From Leucoraja erinacea (lineage: Eukaryota), in contig NC_073403.1 of assembly GCF_028641065.1 (NCBI RefSeq), forward strand, positions 434,001 through 498,000: DNA of 64,000 bases, given 5' to 3'. This document shows positions 46,661-60,110 of the stretch, in pieces (the first letter of the stretch is position 1; each line of letters starts with the position of its first letter). A program made the position numbers and the translations under genes. Below the pieces are notes generated by a model that had not been told where the DNA came from, made no database searches, and saw nothing but the letters and a program-made list of their open reading frames with translations.

Positions 46661-48499
46661 TCAGAACATTGAGTGTATTGGAGCCACAGTCAGACAGATG
46701 GAAACAGGTGGAGTTTGAAATGGAGAACAGATAGGTTTGTGTTCTAACGGGAGTGTGGTCTGGGCAAGCAGTGATTTGGTGAATTATTTATTCCATTGCA
46801 CTGGCGTTAGTGTTTGTTGCATAGTTCAGTCCTGTGTTGAAGCTGGATCAGTGCCCTCGGCTTTACTGGTGACCAGCGATGTTGATGGTATCTCACTGCC
46901 TGCCGGTGCAGGCAAAGCTGCGATATACCGTGGGTGAACCTCGTTCATCAACACAGGCTTATGGCCAACTCCTGGCTCGAGGCACCAGTAGATGTTTTGC
47001 AGTTGAAGGGGAGGCTCATCATAGGTGTCCTTGAAAAGTTAATTTTTAAATCGTACAAACAGTGCCGATAGGATGGCTGCCTTTTTATGCCCTTTGTGCC
47101 CTGTAATTAGATGCTGTGTGATCAATGAGGGATTGTTTCACATGTTTAAAAGTGGCTCTGCCACAAATCGAGACCGTCCCTGCAGTACTGAGGGACTGTT
47201 GCAGTGTTTCCCGCATTGGGATGTGAACCGCACGGTGGCCTTGTCTGTTCACTCAGGTACAAAGCCAATGGCACTATTTCACAGGCGATTATCCGCCTCT
47301 CCCCCCGACTGCCAGGCCAAGGTTCTCCACGATCGACAGTGACCCTGTTGTTATTCCATGCCTGTGTGGTCACAAATTGGCTGTGTGTGATGTCGCTTGT
47401 TTAGTTTGGTTTATTGTCACGTGTACCAAGGTACAGTGAAAAGCTTTTGTTGCGTACTATCCCGTCAGCAGAAACATGATTACAATCGATCCATTACAGT
47501 GTATAATGGCTTGGTGGTGACTGGGAGAAGTGGGTGGATTCACCTCATGTCTGCCAGTCAGAGCAGTGAAGGTGCCTGTACATCGAGCAACTACTGGCAG
47601 TGCTGGAACACACCAGGAATATCAACAGACCAGGCATTGCCAGAGAGTGAGTCAGCATCCGTGCAGGCTGATGCTCTGGTGAACAGTCTGATCATTCTCC
47701 CATTACAGCTGCTACCTGACCCAAGCACTGATATCATTTCTGCTTTGAATGTTTGTTGGGCAATAAATGGCAGTGCTGCTGTTCATCTTTACATTTAGGT
47801 TTGTTATTGTCACATATACCAAGGTACAGCAAACATACATCAAGATCAGATAATACAACCAAGTCAAACTCAAGTACAATCTGTCGAGCAAAGGGAAGAT
47901 AGAGTTCCCCATCATTCCTCATATGATGGCGCTTACTACTCCCCAACTTTACTCAGTGTATTGCCTGCAATGTAAGTGTAAATAAATGAGCAAAGCTCTC
48001 TGTGGTCCTCGGGTATAGTTTGGATTGGGGATGCCAGCTGACTGTGCCAGTCGCTGCCATGGTTTGCTGGTTGTTGGTGGGCTCACAGTCGTGCACCTTA
48101 ATTATAGCGTCCAGAGCTGGTCCCGAGGCGTTAATCATGGGCCAAGAGTCATTGCTCACCATCAGGAAACATTGACAAGACTAAAATAAGTAGGAACTTC
48201 TCCTAAAGTAATGAATCTCTGCAGTTCTTTATCCCAAAGAGCTGTAGATATAATTGAGGGTGAGAGTAGTTTTGGAACAGCAGGGAGTTGTGGGTGGAAT
48301 GGCCACCATCTTTTTGAATGTAGAACACGCTTAAGGGGGTACAACTGCCCCCTGCTCCTGGTTTGTGTGTTGTGGGGACATCACCAGGTTCTCGGTGGAG
48401 GTCTGTGGGCCTCAGCTGTAGCTCTGATTTCCCTTACAATGCCTGACTCGATACTTGATCTGTCCGATACCAGCTTCGCCGCTGCTTTGTGCCACTGAC

Positions 48500-50550
48500 A
48501 AAAGAAGGGCCTGCCAGCTCGCTGGTGGGGGACGGAATGCTGCAGCACTCCACTCGTGCAACTCCTGGTTTAGCCAGTTTTTAATGAGGTTGTTTGTTCC
48601 GTGCAGCTCTTTGGGCCTCCTGTGTGTTGTTGGTGCAGTGGTTGGGCCGGTCTGTACGACTGGCTCACCCTGTTCCTCCACTTCCTTGGAACATACTCAA
48701 GGGGGAGGGGGAGGGGGAGCGGCCAGAGGTCATTGTGCACATCGGTACGTGCGATAGGAAGGAAAACGGGTAAGATCCGGCAGAATGAATGTAGCCAGTT
48801 AGCAAAGAGGTTAAAAGCAGCACATGGAAGATTATTGGGATGTCTCAGAGGTGGCCTGTGCATGGGGTGCATCTGAACGGGGGGGTGGGGGGGGAACGGT
48901 ATTCTGCGAGGGAGATTGGTGCGTCTCTGGGTATATTTGAACTAGATTGGTTGGGGGGAGTGTCCCACAACAGCAGGAAGCAGATGAGAAGTTGGGGACT
49001 AATGCTGTAGTCAGACAAACAAAGTTAGCAGACAGCACAAGCAGGTGCAGGGCAGAGCAGGAAGACCAGTGCTTTATATCGTGTTCATTTCAATGCTGGA
49101 GGCTCCACAGGTAAGGCAGAAGAAGTCAGGGTCTCGGATATTATAGGCAGATCAGAAACATGGCTGAGAGATGGACAGGACTGGCAGCTCAGTGTGGCAG
49201 GGTATAGATGCTGCAGGCGTGAGAAATGCAGGTGAGAAAGTCGGGAGGTGTTGCCTTTGTGATCAGGGAGAACATACCTACAGTCGTCAGATAGGATATT
49301 CTTGGGGGATTGTCCAGTGAGGCTTTGTGGGTAGAACGTAGAAACAAGAAGGGGACCATCACTGCGATGAGACTGTATTTTCAACTTCCCAATAATCCGT
49401 ATGAATTAGTGGACAGATGTGTAGAGGTTTTTGATTGCTCTGTGCACCGAGGTACAGTGACAAGCTTTGTTTTGAATGCTAACTAATCAGTCAAGCAAGG
49501 AAGACTAGTGCACATGGAATCCAAGATGAGCTGTCTAATTGGATTCAATACTGTCTTGGAGGAAGGAGTCACAGGATTTGTGTCAAGGGCTGTTTCTCTG
49601 TCACCAGTGGGGAGCCACTGGGAGCGATGCTGAGTGCTCTGTTGTTTGTTAACGGCATTAAAGTTTAGGATGACAATGTCGATAACATTATTTGTACATT
49701 TTGCAGATAAGACCAACATTGGATGGCAGTGAGGAAGATATCTAAGTTTACCACACCACTGTGGTCACTTGGGAAGGTGACACGTTTGAGGTGTTGCACT
49801 TTGGAATGTCAAACCAGGGCAGGACTTGCACAGTAAGTGGTCAAGATGTGGAGAGTGTTGTAGAGCAGAGAGATGTGGAAGTACAGGTGCACACTTCTCT
49901 GAGTGTGGTGAGTCAGGTGGACAGTGTGGAGAATGCATTTCGTTGTCTCTGTACTGTACACTGACAATGACAATTAAAATTGAATCTGAATCTGAATCTG
50001 AGAAGGCATCTGGCACACTTGCCTTCATTGGGAAGAGTATTGAGCGCAAACGTTGGGACATCAACATGCAGCTGTACTAGTCGTTGGTGAGACCACGCTT
50101 GCAGTTCTGTGTGCTGTTCTGCTCACCCAAGTATAGGGAGGATGTCATTTTGTTGGAAAGGGTGCAGAACCTATTGGCCAGGATGTTATCTGGTCAGTGG
50201 ATTGAGTGATGGGGAGAGGTTGGAAAGGCTGGAGCGTGAGAGGCTGTGGTGACCTTATTGAGGTGTATAAGATCATGAGGGGCAGGGATCAAATGTATGC
50301 TCATCATCTTTTTTTCCAGGGTAGAGGATTCCAAAATTAGAGGGTTTAGGCTTAAGGCAAGAGGAGCAACTCTGTTTTTCACTCGGAGGATAGTCCGTAT
50401 CTGCAATGTTGCCAAAGGAAGCTACAGAAGTGGATACAATTCCGACTTTTAAAAGACATTTGGACAGATGTAGGATTATGATGGGCCAAATGCAGGCATA
50501 AGGGACTAGTATGGACAAGGTGGGCTGAAGGACCATGCTGTACAGCTCTG
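48500..50550 (+). mobile_element. Old, internally deleted CR1 (ORF1 esterase, endonuclease, RT remnants)
   Basis: VIVHIGT motif at ~48729, FNA/SETWL endonuclease remnants at ~49090-49170, EVLHFG, LAFIGKSIE, CR1 tail. Confidence 0.65.
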
Positions 50551-52591
50551 ACTCTGCTAGCCTGAGTATTAATCTCTGCTAGTGATCTCCATTTAGTTGC
50601 ATGAAAAAAGTACCTGGGCAGGTGTGAGCTCATGCACTGGGTGTCTGTGGCCAGAGGTCTGTTTACAACTCGTTGTTTTAATAGAGGGTGGTTCTCCAGA
50701 TTAATTATTCACAGGTTAGATATTTGCAGGAACTTTGTACTTTGAATTTACCAGAAACTTTATCTATACAATATCCCCAATCCCAGAATCAGTGGAACCA
50801 TTTGTTAACAAAAAACCAAGGTGCTGGAGGAACTCAATGGGCTTGGCAACATCTGTGGACGGAGGTGAATGGATGGTCGATGTTTGGGGAAACGCATTGA
50901 GTTCCTTCAGCAGTTTGCTTTGTGCTCCAGGTTCCAACATCTGCAGCCTCCTGTGCAGCTGTTCAATAAACCTGCCCTGTGGTTGACTTGCTTCTCTGGA
51001 ATATTGTTGTCTTATCAGCTTGCGAGTATGATGTGATCACTAGAGCCTCTGGTCCCAGTCGCTACTGCTCCTCCTCCTGTCACATACATAACCAACTGTG
51101 TCTGCTCCACAGATCTAGAGAGCCTTGTCTGATTCAGAAACTGTCCACTGTGGCCGGCAAGTCAGGACACTTGGTGTTCCATGCATGTACACCTCTGGGT
51201 AATGCTTATAACCGTAGCCTGCAATCCAGGCCTCGACCCTCACGCCTCCACCAATCTGTACCCTGAGGTAATGGGCCACCAGCCACATGTCATGGAGTAA
51301 GTTCCCATGATGGAAGAGCTCAGAAGGAGGTTGTTTGGCCCACTGTGTTTGGTTAACATGGCTTCCACTCACATCCCAACTTGTGGCTAATAACATGCTC
51401 ATCCTTGCACTTGTTACGCTTGGGGATTTGCTGCCACTTTACCTTCAGGCAGCAAATTCCAGACCTCCAACATTCTTTACCTGGAAGAATGTTTCCTCAG
51501 CTCAAATCTTGTCTTTCTACCAATTAGCTGTGTCTCAGCAAACAGACTTTCCACCAAAAATCTGTGTCACTTGAATATTGATCTCCTGGTTACTGCTCTT
51601 CACTGTCATGTTTGCTCACCTCAGTTAAACCAGCTAGCCTCTCACAATCACTTCTGAAGCCTACACCACATACAGATGGAGGATGAGAATAGCCAAACAA
51701 ATCTGAGAAGAAGCCTTCACAAGCCCCCTCAGTTGACAGTCAAAGACTTGTGTCCGGTTGGCAAAAGGCTATATGCAGTGTTGATGCTCTCCCCACATGT
51801 CTCTTCTATTTGATTTGCTTCTGGAGAGCAGGAAGATTCCTGTACTGTGGTCAGACGTGTTTCATTGTTGAAGGTAGTTCCACATGCAGTGACTGAAATC
51901 TCTTGGCATGCTGCCTGCTTCCCAAGGTTGGGGTAGAGACTGTGGATTCATGGTGGAAGAACCTTTCCGTCAAGATGTAAAACTTCAGCGTGGGTTTTGT
52001 CTGCATCAAAAGCACCTGCTCCTGCTGCCGAGCCGAGGTGGTGGCGAGCTTGCAGCAGGTAGTGTTGTTGGATGAAGTCCAGGTCTGGAATGGAGTCAAG
52101 GACACTTGTGTTAAGGCAGAGTTCTGCAACATGGACCCATCCGTTGATAATAAGCTTCCCTCTCTTCTTGCCGTTAGTGGAACGGGAGAGCTTGATTGTT
52201 TGGGCTGTAAATGATTGTGAGACCCTGAAGATTCCATAGACGTTGTTGCCTATTTGCTGGACTCTCAACATGGTTGCGTTGCACCTTATGTGTGACTGGT
52301 CTTCATACGCCTGTGGCTTTACTTTAACCTTGCCTAGTGGGCATGCTTGCAGTCCAAGAACACTTGTATTTTGATTTATTATTTCTGAGTCCTGCAAATG
52401 CTCATCCAATTCAGTGTTTGTAGTAAAGGAACCAAGAGTGTCTTCACAGGGCTGTGTGTGGATGTCAGGGCTGACAGGCACCATTGGCATTCCGCTCCTG
52501 TGGGTAGGAGTCATCAGACGGGCTGTGGGCTGTTGGCTGAGCACCACCTCCTGTGTCGGCTCTTAAAACCCGTCAGCATTGATCTTCCAGC

Positions 52592-52744
52592 AGTTACTGT
52601 GGCTGTTACTGTGGCCGTTACTGTGGCCGTTACTGTGGCCGTTACTGTGGCCGTTACTGTGGCCGTTACTGTTACTGTTACTGTGGCTGTTACTGTTACT
52701 GTGGGCATTACCGTGACCGTTACTGTTAGTTACTGTGGCCGTTA
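52592..52744. repeat. (GTTACTGTGGCC)n microsatellite, left part
   Basis: Continues at 54034-54135 across the CR1 insertion. Confidence 0.9.
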
Positions 52745-54033
52745 ACCATATAACCATATAACAATTACAGCACGGAAACAGGCCATCTCGGCCCTACAAG
52801 TCCGTGCCGAACAAATTTTTTTCCCCTTAGTCCCACCTGCCTGCACTCATACCATAACCCTCCATTCCCTTCTCATCCATATGCCTATCCAATTTATTTT
52901 TAAATGATACCAATGAACCTGCCTCCACCACTTCCACTGGGAGCTCATTCCACACCGCTACCACTCTCTGCGTAAAGAAGTTCCCCCTCATATTACCCCT
53001 AAACTTCTGTCCCTTAATTCTGAAGTCATGTCCTCTTGTTTGAATCTTCCCTATTCTCAAAGGGAAAAGCTTGTCCACATCAACTCTGTCTATCCCTCTC
53101 ATCATTTTAAAGACCTCTATCAGGTCCCCCCTTAACCTTCTGCGCTCCAGAGAATAAAGACCTAACTTATTCAACCTATCTCTGTAACTTAGTTGTTGAA
53201 ACCCAGGCAACATTCTAGTAAATCTCCTCTGCACTCTCTCTATTTTGTTGACATCCTTCCTATAATTGGGCGACCAAAATTGTACACCATACTCCAGATT
53301 TGGTCTCACCAATGCCTTGTACAATTTTAACATTACATCCCAGCTTCTATACTCAATGCTCTGATTTATAAAGGCTAGCATACCAAAAGCTTTCTTTACC
53401 ACCCTATCTATATGAGATTCCACCTTCAAGGAACTATGCATGGTTATACCCAGATCCCTCTGTTCAACTGTATTCTTCAATTCCCTACCATTTACCATGC
53501 ACGTCCTATTTTGATTTGTCCTGCCAAGGTGTAGCACCTCACATTTATCAGCATTGAACTCCATCTGCCATCTTTCAGCCCATTTTTCCAAATGGCCTAA
53601 ATCACTCTTTAGACTTTGGAAATCCTCTTCATTATCCACAACACCCCCTATCTTAGTATCATCTGCATACTTACTAATCCAATTTACCACCCCTTCATCC
53701 AGATCATTGATGTACATGACAAACAACAAAGGACCCAACACAGATCCCTGAGGCACCCCACTAGTCACCTGCCTCCAACCCGATAAACAGCCATCCACCA
53801 TTACCCTCTGGCTTCTCCCATTCAGCCACTGTTGAATCCATCTTGCTATTCCTGCATTTATACCCAACAGTTGAACCTTCTTAACCAACCTTCCATGAGG
53901 AACCTTGTCAAAGGCCTTACTAAAGTCCATATAGATAACATCCACTGCTTTACCCTCGTCAATTTCCCTAGTAACCTCTTCAAAAAATTCAAGAAGATTA
54001 GTCAAACATGACCTTCCAGGCACAAATCCATGT
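52745..54033 (-). mobile_element. Young 5'-truncated CR1 LINE with uninterrupted RT ORF (52827-54023)
   Basis: 398 aa open: GRSCLTNL, DFSKAFDKV, GVPQGSVLGPLLF, YADD; (TATATGGT)n tail. Confidence 0.97.
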
Positions 54034-54135
54034 TAGTTACTGTTACTGTGGCTGTTACTGTGGCTGTTACTGTGGCTGTTACTGTGGCTGTTACTGTGAC
54101 TGTATCCGTTACTGTGGCTGTTACCGTTACCGTGG
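54034..54135. repeat. (GTTACTGTGGCT)n microsatellite, right part
   Basis: Seen directly. Confidence 0.9.
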
Positions 54136-55284
54136 CCAGGATCGCAGAGAGGGATGTTACTGATATTTGCACTCATTACAAAAGAATGAAAAAAGTGAAC
54201 ATAATTCATTCATACTCTTATTAGTGTAAATTGTTGACAACATTTAACATTAAAAATAAATGAAAGGCTAGAAAACACAAAGATAAAGAAATATATTTGC
54301 AAACTCAGCACCAAAAATGTACATGTCTGAATGTGTAGGAAGGAACTGCAGATGCTGTTTTAAACCGAAGATAGGCACAAAAAAACTGGAGTAACTCAAT
54401 GAGTCAGGCAGCATCTTTGGAGAAAAGGAGTAGGTGATGTTTCGGGTCGAGGCCCTTCTTCTGAAATGTCACCTAATCCTTTTAGACAATAGACAATAGG
54501 TGCAGGAGTAGGCCATTCGGCCCTTCGAGTCCTTTTCTCCAGAGATGCTGCCTGACCGCTGAGTTACTCAAGCTTTTTATATAAATGTCTGAATCTTGGC
54601 CTTGGGGCTGTTACTGCCACTGAATTGAAGGCACTCATCCGGCACAGACTTCATGGTGTAGCTGCAAGATTGTATCACTGCTGCTTCATTCTAAAAAGTT
54701 CCAGAGCTGATCACAGTCAGAATAGCAACAGCAAAGACCCGTGTCCACTATTCCTCCCCTCTAAAGGCTGTGTGCACTTTGTCCACATCATTAATACACG
54801 TGCCATAAACAAGAAGGGTTGTAGTCTTGAGCTCCGTGGAACTTTGCCGCACACAGCCCTCCTGTCTCCGACAATGATCATAAACCTTTAATCTCTCCCA
54901 CTGAGCAGACTTTCAGTTGGTCTTGCCAATTTCCTTGTTTCATTTGAGTGTTTACTCCCTGTTAAACAGTTCTGCATCAAACAATTGATTCTCATCCATC
55001 GATCTTAAATCAGACAGGTCCATCATGCCTCCACTACCTCATTAACCCTTCCTATCCCCTCTTTCCTTCACCACCAGCCAAGCCAGGGTGTGACAGGGAT
55101 ATCTTGGCCCCATGTGCCATTTAGTAAGATTCTCTTCTTTTCAACATCTGTAGTTTTGGTGCTTTTTGTTTGTATTCTTGTTGCTGAATTTATCTGGGCA
55201 ATTTGTGGTTGAGAAAGTTGTAGTTCACCAACTCTCCCCTTCACCTTCCACCGCTGCCATCTTGTGTATCCCTCAACTTCTTCA

Positions 55285-55745
55285 CTGCCGTGTGCTGGGG
55301 CAGCAGGGCAAAGGCTATGGACGCCAACAGGATTAACAAACTCAACAGGAAGGCTGGCTCCATCCTGGGGGCAGAGTAGGATTCATGGGAGGTTGGTCTT
55401 GAAGGGGAGGATGCTCCTCAAACTGCGGAGCATCCTGGACAATTACAGCTCAATCCCTCCATGACACACTGGTCAACCTGAGGAGCACCTTCAACAACAG
55501 ACTGGTTCCACCAAGATGCAGTACAGAACGCCACAGGAGATCCTTCTTCCCTGTGCCTATCAAACTATACAACTCCTCCTTCTGTTGTGGGGTAGACTGA
55601 CTCCCCCTCCTTCTCACCCTTCCCAAATCTTTGCACATCGCCAATCCTTAACACTCATCACTTTAATTTCATATTTCATGTATCTTGTGTTTTATTACAG
55701 TTGTCAGATTAATTTCCCTCCTGGGATAAATCAAGTTCTGTATCA
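55285..55745 (+). mobile_element. Rex1/Babar-type LINE 3' end
   Basis: RMLLKLRSILDN..CSTERHRRSFFPVPIKLYN remnant and AATTTCCCTCCTGGGATAAAT tail. Confidence 0.65.
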
Positions 55746-58194
55746 CTTTCTTATCCAAGTACCTGTCTCAGGTATTGGCCCCTCTCTCCCCTGGCAGCTT
55801 GCTCCACATGCCCAGCACCTGCACTGGGATTGTTATTGGATAATATATTCCACAGCCCTGACACACTAAAATGCCACACCTTGCACTTGTTCAAGTTAAA
55901 TTTGATCAGCCCACTTTCCATTCATCTAGAGCCTGTTGTAATCTCCAATAACCTTCTTTGCTACTTATCCTATCACCAATTCTGGTGTCATCTGAATGCT
56001 TAGTAGCCATACTATGTGGAAAAGGTATGTTTCAGATCTTCAAATGTCTTCCCTGTCAAACCTGTCCCCTCTACTTCCTTTCTTAAACCAAGAAAGAACA
56101 TTGGCTACTCTCCAGTCCTTTGGCACCTTGTCTGTGGGTACAAAGGACTTTGTCATGGCTCCTGCAATCTCATTTCTTGCCTCTCTCAAAAATCTGGGTT
56201 AGATCCCATCAGCCTCATGGGATTGATCTACTTTTCCTGAGAGCCAACAGATTCAGATTCAGATTCAATTTTAATTGTCATTATCAGTGTACAGTACAGA
56301 GACAACGAAATGCATTTAGCATCTCCCTGGAAGAGCGACATAGCAAATGATTTGAATAAATAATAATAAGTGTCCGGGGGGGGGGTGGTGATTGGCAGTC
56401 ACCGAGGTACGTTGTTGAGTAGAGTGACAGCCGCCGGGAAGAAGCGGTTCCTCGACGTGCTGGTTCAGCAACGGAGAGACCTGTAGCGCCTCCCAGATGG
56501 TAGGAGGGTAAACAGTCCATGGTTGGGGTGAGAGTAGTCCACCTTCTTCTCGTCCACCCCATCCGTCCAGCTAGTTGTTCTGTTTTCCTGGAAAGATCAC
56601 TGTGTCATCGACCATCTCCCTCCCAATGTTATTGCCTCGCCACCACTGCCCAGTCATTCCTAGTTGTTGTTGTGTTTAAACTGCTGAGTTTGGAGAGGAG
56701 GAGCATATTCACTTGACAGAACAAATGACAATGTCCCAACGTTGTGTGCAGCAGCAGCGTCTGACAGAGCTGCTCCAGTCACAGGAGCCGCTCCCAGACC
56801 AAGCCAACCCCTGCCTAGTGTTCTCCACCCCGCATATACTTGCACCAGTACATGGTGGCTTGTTGTCTCAGTACTGGCGTAATTGAGCAGACTGGAGTCT
56901 GGCCACTGTCACTGACTAACACCTTCCACCTTCCAATGCTTGCACGTATCCAGGCATCTCAGCACAGGGTCGAAGGCAGTCCGACAGAGTACGTTTAACT
57001 CCAGTGGTAAAGCTCATGTGCTCCCAGTTTACTGGAACAATTGTTTTCTGAGGGTTAAGGTTGTGGCAACCTGTCAAACAGGAAGATCTGGTTTCTATAT
57101 TTGTAGTTTTGAGTGTTGTGATTTCTTCAGTCAGCCCAGCTCCAGCATTAAAAGGTAGAAACAAGGAACTGCAGGTGCTGGTTTACACAAAAGGACGCAG
57201 AGTGCTGGAGTAACTCAGGCAGCTTCTCTGAAGAACTTGGATAGGTGACTTCTTGGGTTGGAACCTTCACCTTTACCTGTCCATGTTCTCCAGAGGAGCT
57301 ACTCAGCCCTTTGTTCCTTTCAGCTCCAGTGTAAGGCAGGGCTGGTACTGGCTTCAGCAGGATGTATTGTAAAGCTTGACTTCACTTCCAGCTAGTCATG
57401 GAATCACTGCCACTCCTGCCCACCCTAGGCATAGTTTGAGATTCTCAGCTTTTTCTCTTGCCCATTTACACTTCCAGCAATCTAGCTTGTTTAGTTTGGG
57501 GACCAACAACCTTAGGAATGGCTTACTGCATCCATTAAATTCCCAACTCACCACAAACATCTCAGGAGGCTGTTTGATGGAAAGTCTGTGCCAGGAGACG
57601 CCACAAACCTGCCTTTGGAAAACACACAGCCACTGACGGACTCTTGTGTCCAGTTCTGAGCGTCACCATTTCAGGGGCGGGGGTTACGAGCAATGTGTGT
57701 CAGTGGGGGATTGGTGGTGCATGTGGAGTGAGGGTTGCTGGCAGGGAATGTGCTCTGGGAGGGGGCTAGGCTAAGGGTGGTTCCCAGAGCTGTGCAGATG
57801 ATCTGTCTGTGTGATATCCCAGTGGAGCCGGCCTCTGTTGCCATGGGGACGGGGCCCACATTGGGAGGGGGTGGTGGCCACAATGACCCACCTGTTTGAG
57901 AGCCAGCGTGTGAGGGCGGTCTGGCCCGTGGCCTGAGTGATCACCTCAGGCAGCCTGACTTGGCAGCAACCTTCCCCTCTCAGCACATTCCTGACATTCC
58001 CAACATGCTGCAAGCAGAGCCATGCTGTGCCTGAGCTGTATCCATGGACGCACACTCAGGGCAGTGGGTAGAGCGGCTGACAACAGTCGCACCTTCCCAG
58101 GGACCAGAATCTGCTGCTTGAGCTCGCCTCACTACCCGACACCTGTGACTTGGAGCCTCATCCTTCCTAACGTGTCTGCTTTAAAATCCAATCC

Positions 58195-58450
58195 CCTACG
58201 ATTCACGCACCTCCTCCAACCTCATCTACTGTATCCGCTATTCTAGGTGTCAACTTCTCTACATCGACGAGACCAAGTGCTGGCTCGGCGATCCGCTCAG
58301 TTTTCGCTGAACCTTACCCCCCTCCCATCCCATCTGATCTCATGCTTACCCTCACTTCGTCTTAAAGTGAGGCCGGCTAGCCGTAATGATCAACTTAAGC
58401 ACCTCGTATTTCCACTTGGGGAGCTTACACCTGATCTCCCGGTGGCTCAG
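58195..58450 (+). mobile_element. Penelope GIY-YIG remnant
   Basis: TSSNLIYCIRYSRCQLLYIDETKCWLGD. Confidence 0.7.
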
Positions 58451-58554
58451 CACCAGCCCCTTCAAGCCGGCCCCCGCCATTCAATACGAACTCATTCAGA
58501 ATCAGTACCCTGTCCCATTTTTTTTTCCCAATTAGCTTAAGATCTGATCTGGGA

Positions 58555-59390
58555 TCCTGGGTCTCCTCCCCATTTCTGTCAGTCTGGATCCCCAGCTTGG
58601 GATATTTAATATGGGATGAGGGAATTGAAGCAATATCTCCAAGTTTGCGGGATTTCTAAGCTTGGGGGCAGTGTTACTGTGAGGAGGATGCCTGCACTTG
58701 ACTTGGATAGGCTGGGTGAGTGGGCCTGTTTTGGCAGATGCAGTCTGGATAAATGACCATTCATAAACAGAAAGCAGACTATGCTAAATGGTGGCCGAGT
58801 GGGAAGGGGGGAGATGCCGATTGTTCATGGTACACCAGTCATTGAAGGTAGGCATGCAGGTGCAGCAGGCGCGAATGGTATGTTAGCTTTCATTGCAAAA
58901 CGATTTGAGTATAGGTCGAGAGGTCATGCCAGTACAGGGTCTTGGTGAGACCACACCTGGAGTATTGCGTACCTGTTCCTGGTCTCCAAATGTTTATTGC
59001 CCATAGAGGGAGTGCAGAGACGGTTCCCAGACTGATTCCTGGGATGTCAGGACTGTCTTATGAAGAAAGACTGGATAGACTTGGTTTATACTCTCTAGAA
59101 TTTAGGAGATTGAGAGGGGATCTTATAGAAACTTACAAAATTCTTAAGGGGTTGGACAGGCTAGATGCAGGAAGATTGTTCCCGATGTTGGGGAAGTCCT
59201 GGACAAGGGGTCCAGCTTAAGACCTTTAAACAGATCTTTTTTCCGCAGAGAGTGGTGATTCTGGAACTCTCCAGAGGGTAGTTGAGGCCACTTCATTGGC
59301 TATATTTTAAGAGGGAGTTAGATGTGGCCCTTGTGGCTAAGGGGATCAGGAATGGAGAGAAGCAGGTACGGGATGGAGTTGGATGATCTA
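58555..59390 (+). mobile_element. CR1 3' portion with many small deletions
   Basis: Nearly identical to 34026-34828 in 59030-59210 but deletion-riddled on both sides. Confidence 0.85.
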
Positions 59391-59699
59391 CCTGTCTGGG
59401 ACAGGCCTCCTGGGGCCACAGGTCACTGAGCGTTCTGTCCGGCCCATACACAGGTGCCTGTGGTCATCCATCAGCCAGGTAACAGCTTCCTCCCACCCTG
59501 TACAGAGGTGCCCTGCCCCAGCCTGGCCCCGTACTGCTGGTCCATTGCTTGGTTAAAGTATGTCGCACTGAGCTGAGATCCGTGCTGTCCTCATCCCCAT
59601 CTCCCAACAGCATCTGCTGGCCACAACTGATGGTCGCAGGTGACGGCAGCTGCTCTGCCTCTTCTAGCTGCCTGTCACAGTGCGGGGCTGTCTGGCTGC

Positions 59700-60110
59700 A
59701 GACACACAGCTGGGGTGTGGGGGACAGACACAGCTGGGGTGTGGGGCAGTGGTCAGCTGGGGTGTGGGGGACAGACACAGCTGGGGGTGTGGGGGGGGGG
59801 GCAGCTGGGGTGTGGGGGACAGACCAGCTGGGTTACTGGGGTGTGGGGGACAGACACAGCTGGGGTGTGGGGGACAGACACAGCTGGGTTGTGGGGGGGG
59901 GGCAGCTGGGGTGTGGGGGACAGACACAGCTGGGGTGGGGGGGCAGCTGGGGTGTGGGGACACAGCTGGGGTGTGGGGGACAGACACAGCTGGGGTGTGG
60001 GGGACAGACACAGCTGGGGTGTGGGGGGCAGCTGGGTGTGGGGGACAGACACAGCTGGGGTGTCGGGGGGGGCAGCTGGGGTGTGGGGACAGACACAGCT
60101 GGGGTGTGGG
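59700..60110 (+). repeat. ~24-bp minisatellite (CAGCTGGGGTGTGGGGGACAGACA) ~1 kb upstream of ERBB2 coding exon 1
   Basis: Roughly 18 CAGCTG-containing units. Confidence 0.9.

Noticed and set aside
58555-59390. Distinct ancient CR1 family
   Set aside because: Near-identity to young copies in the middle, with deletion-only damage at the flanks, suggests read-consensus errors rather than age.
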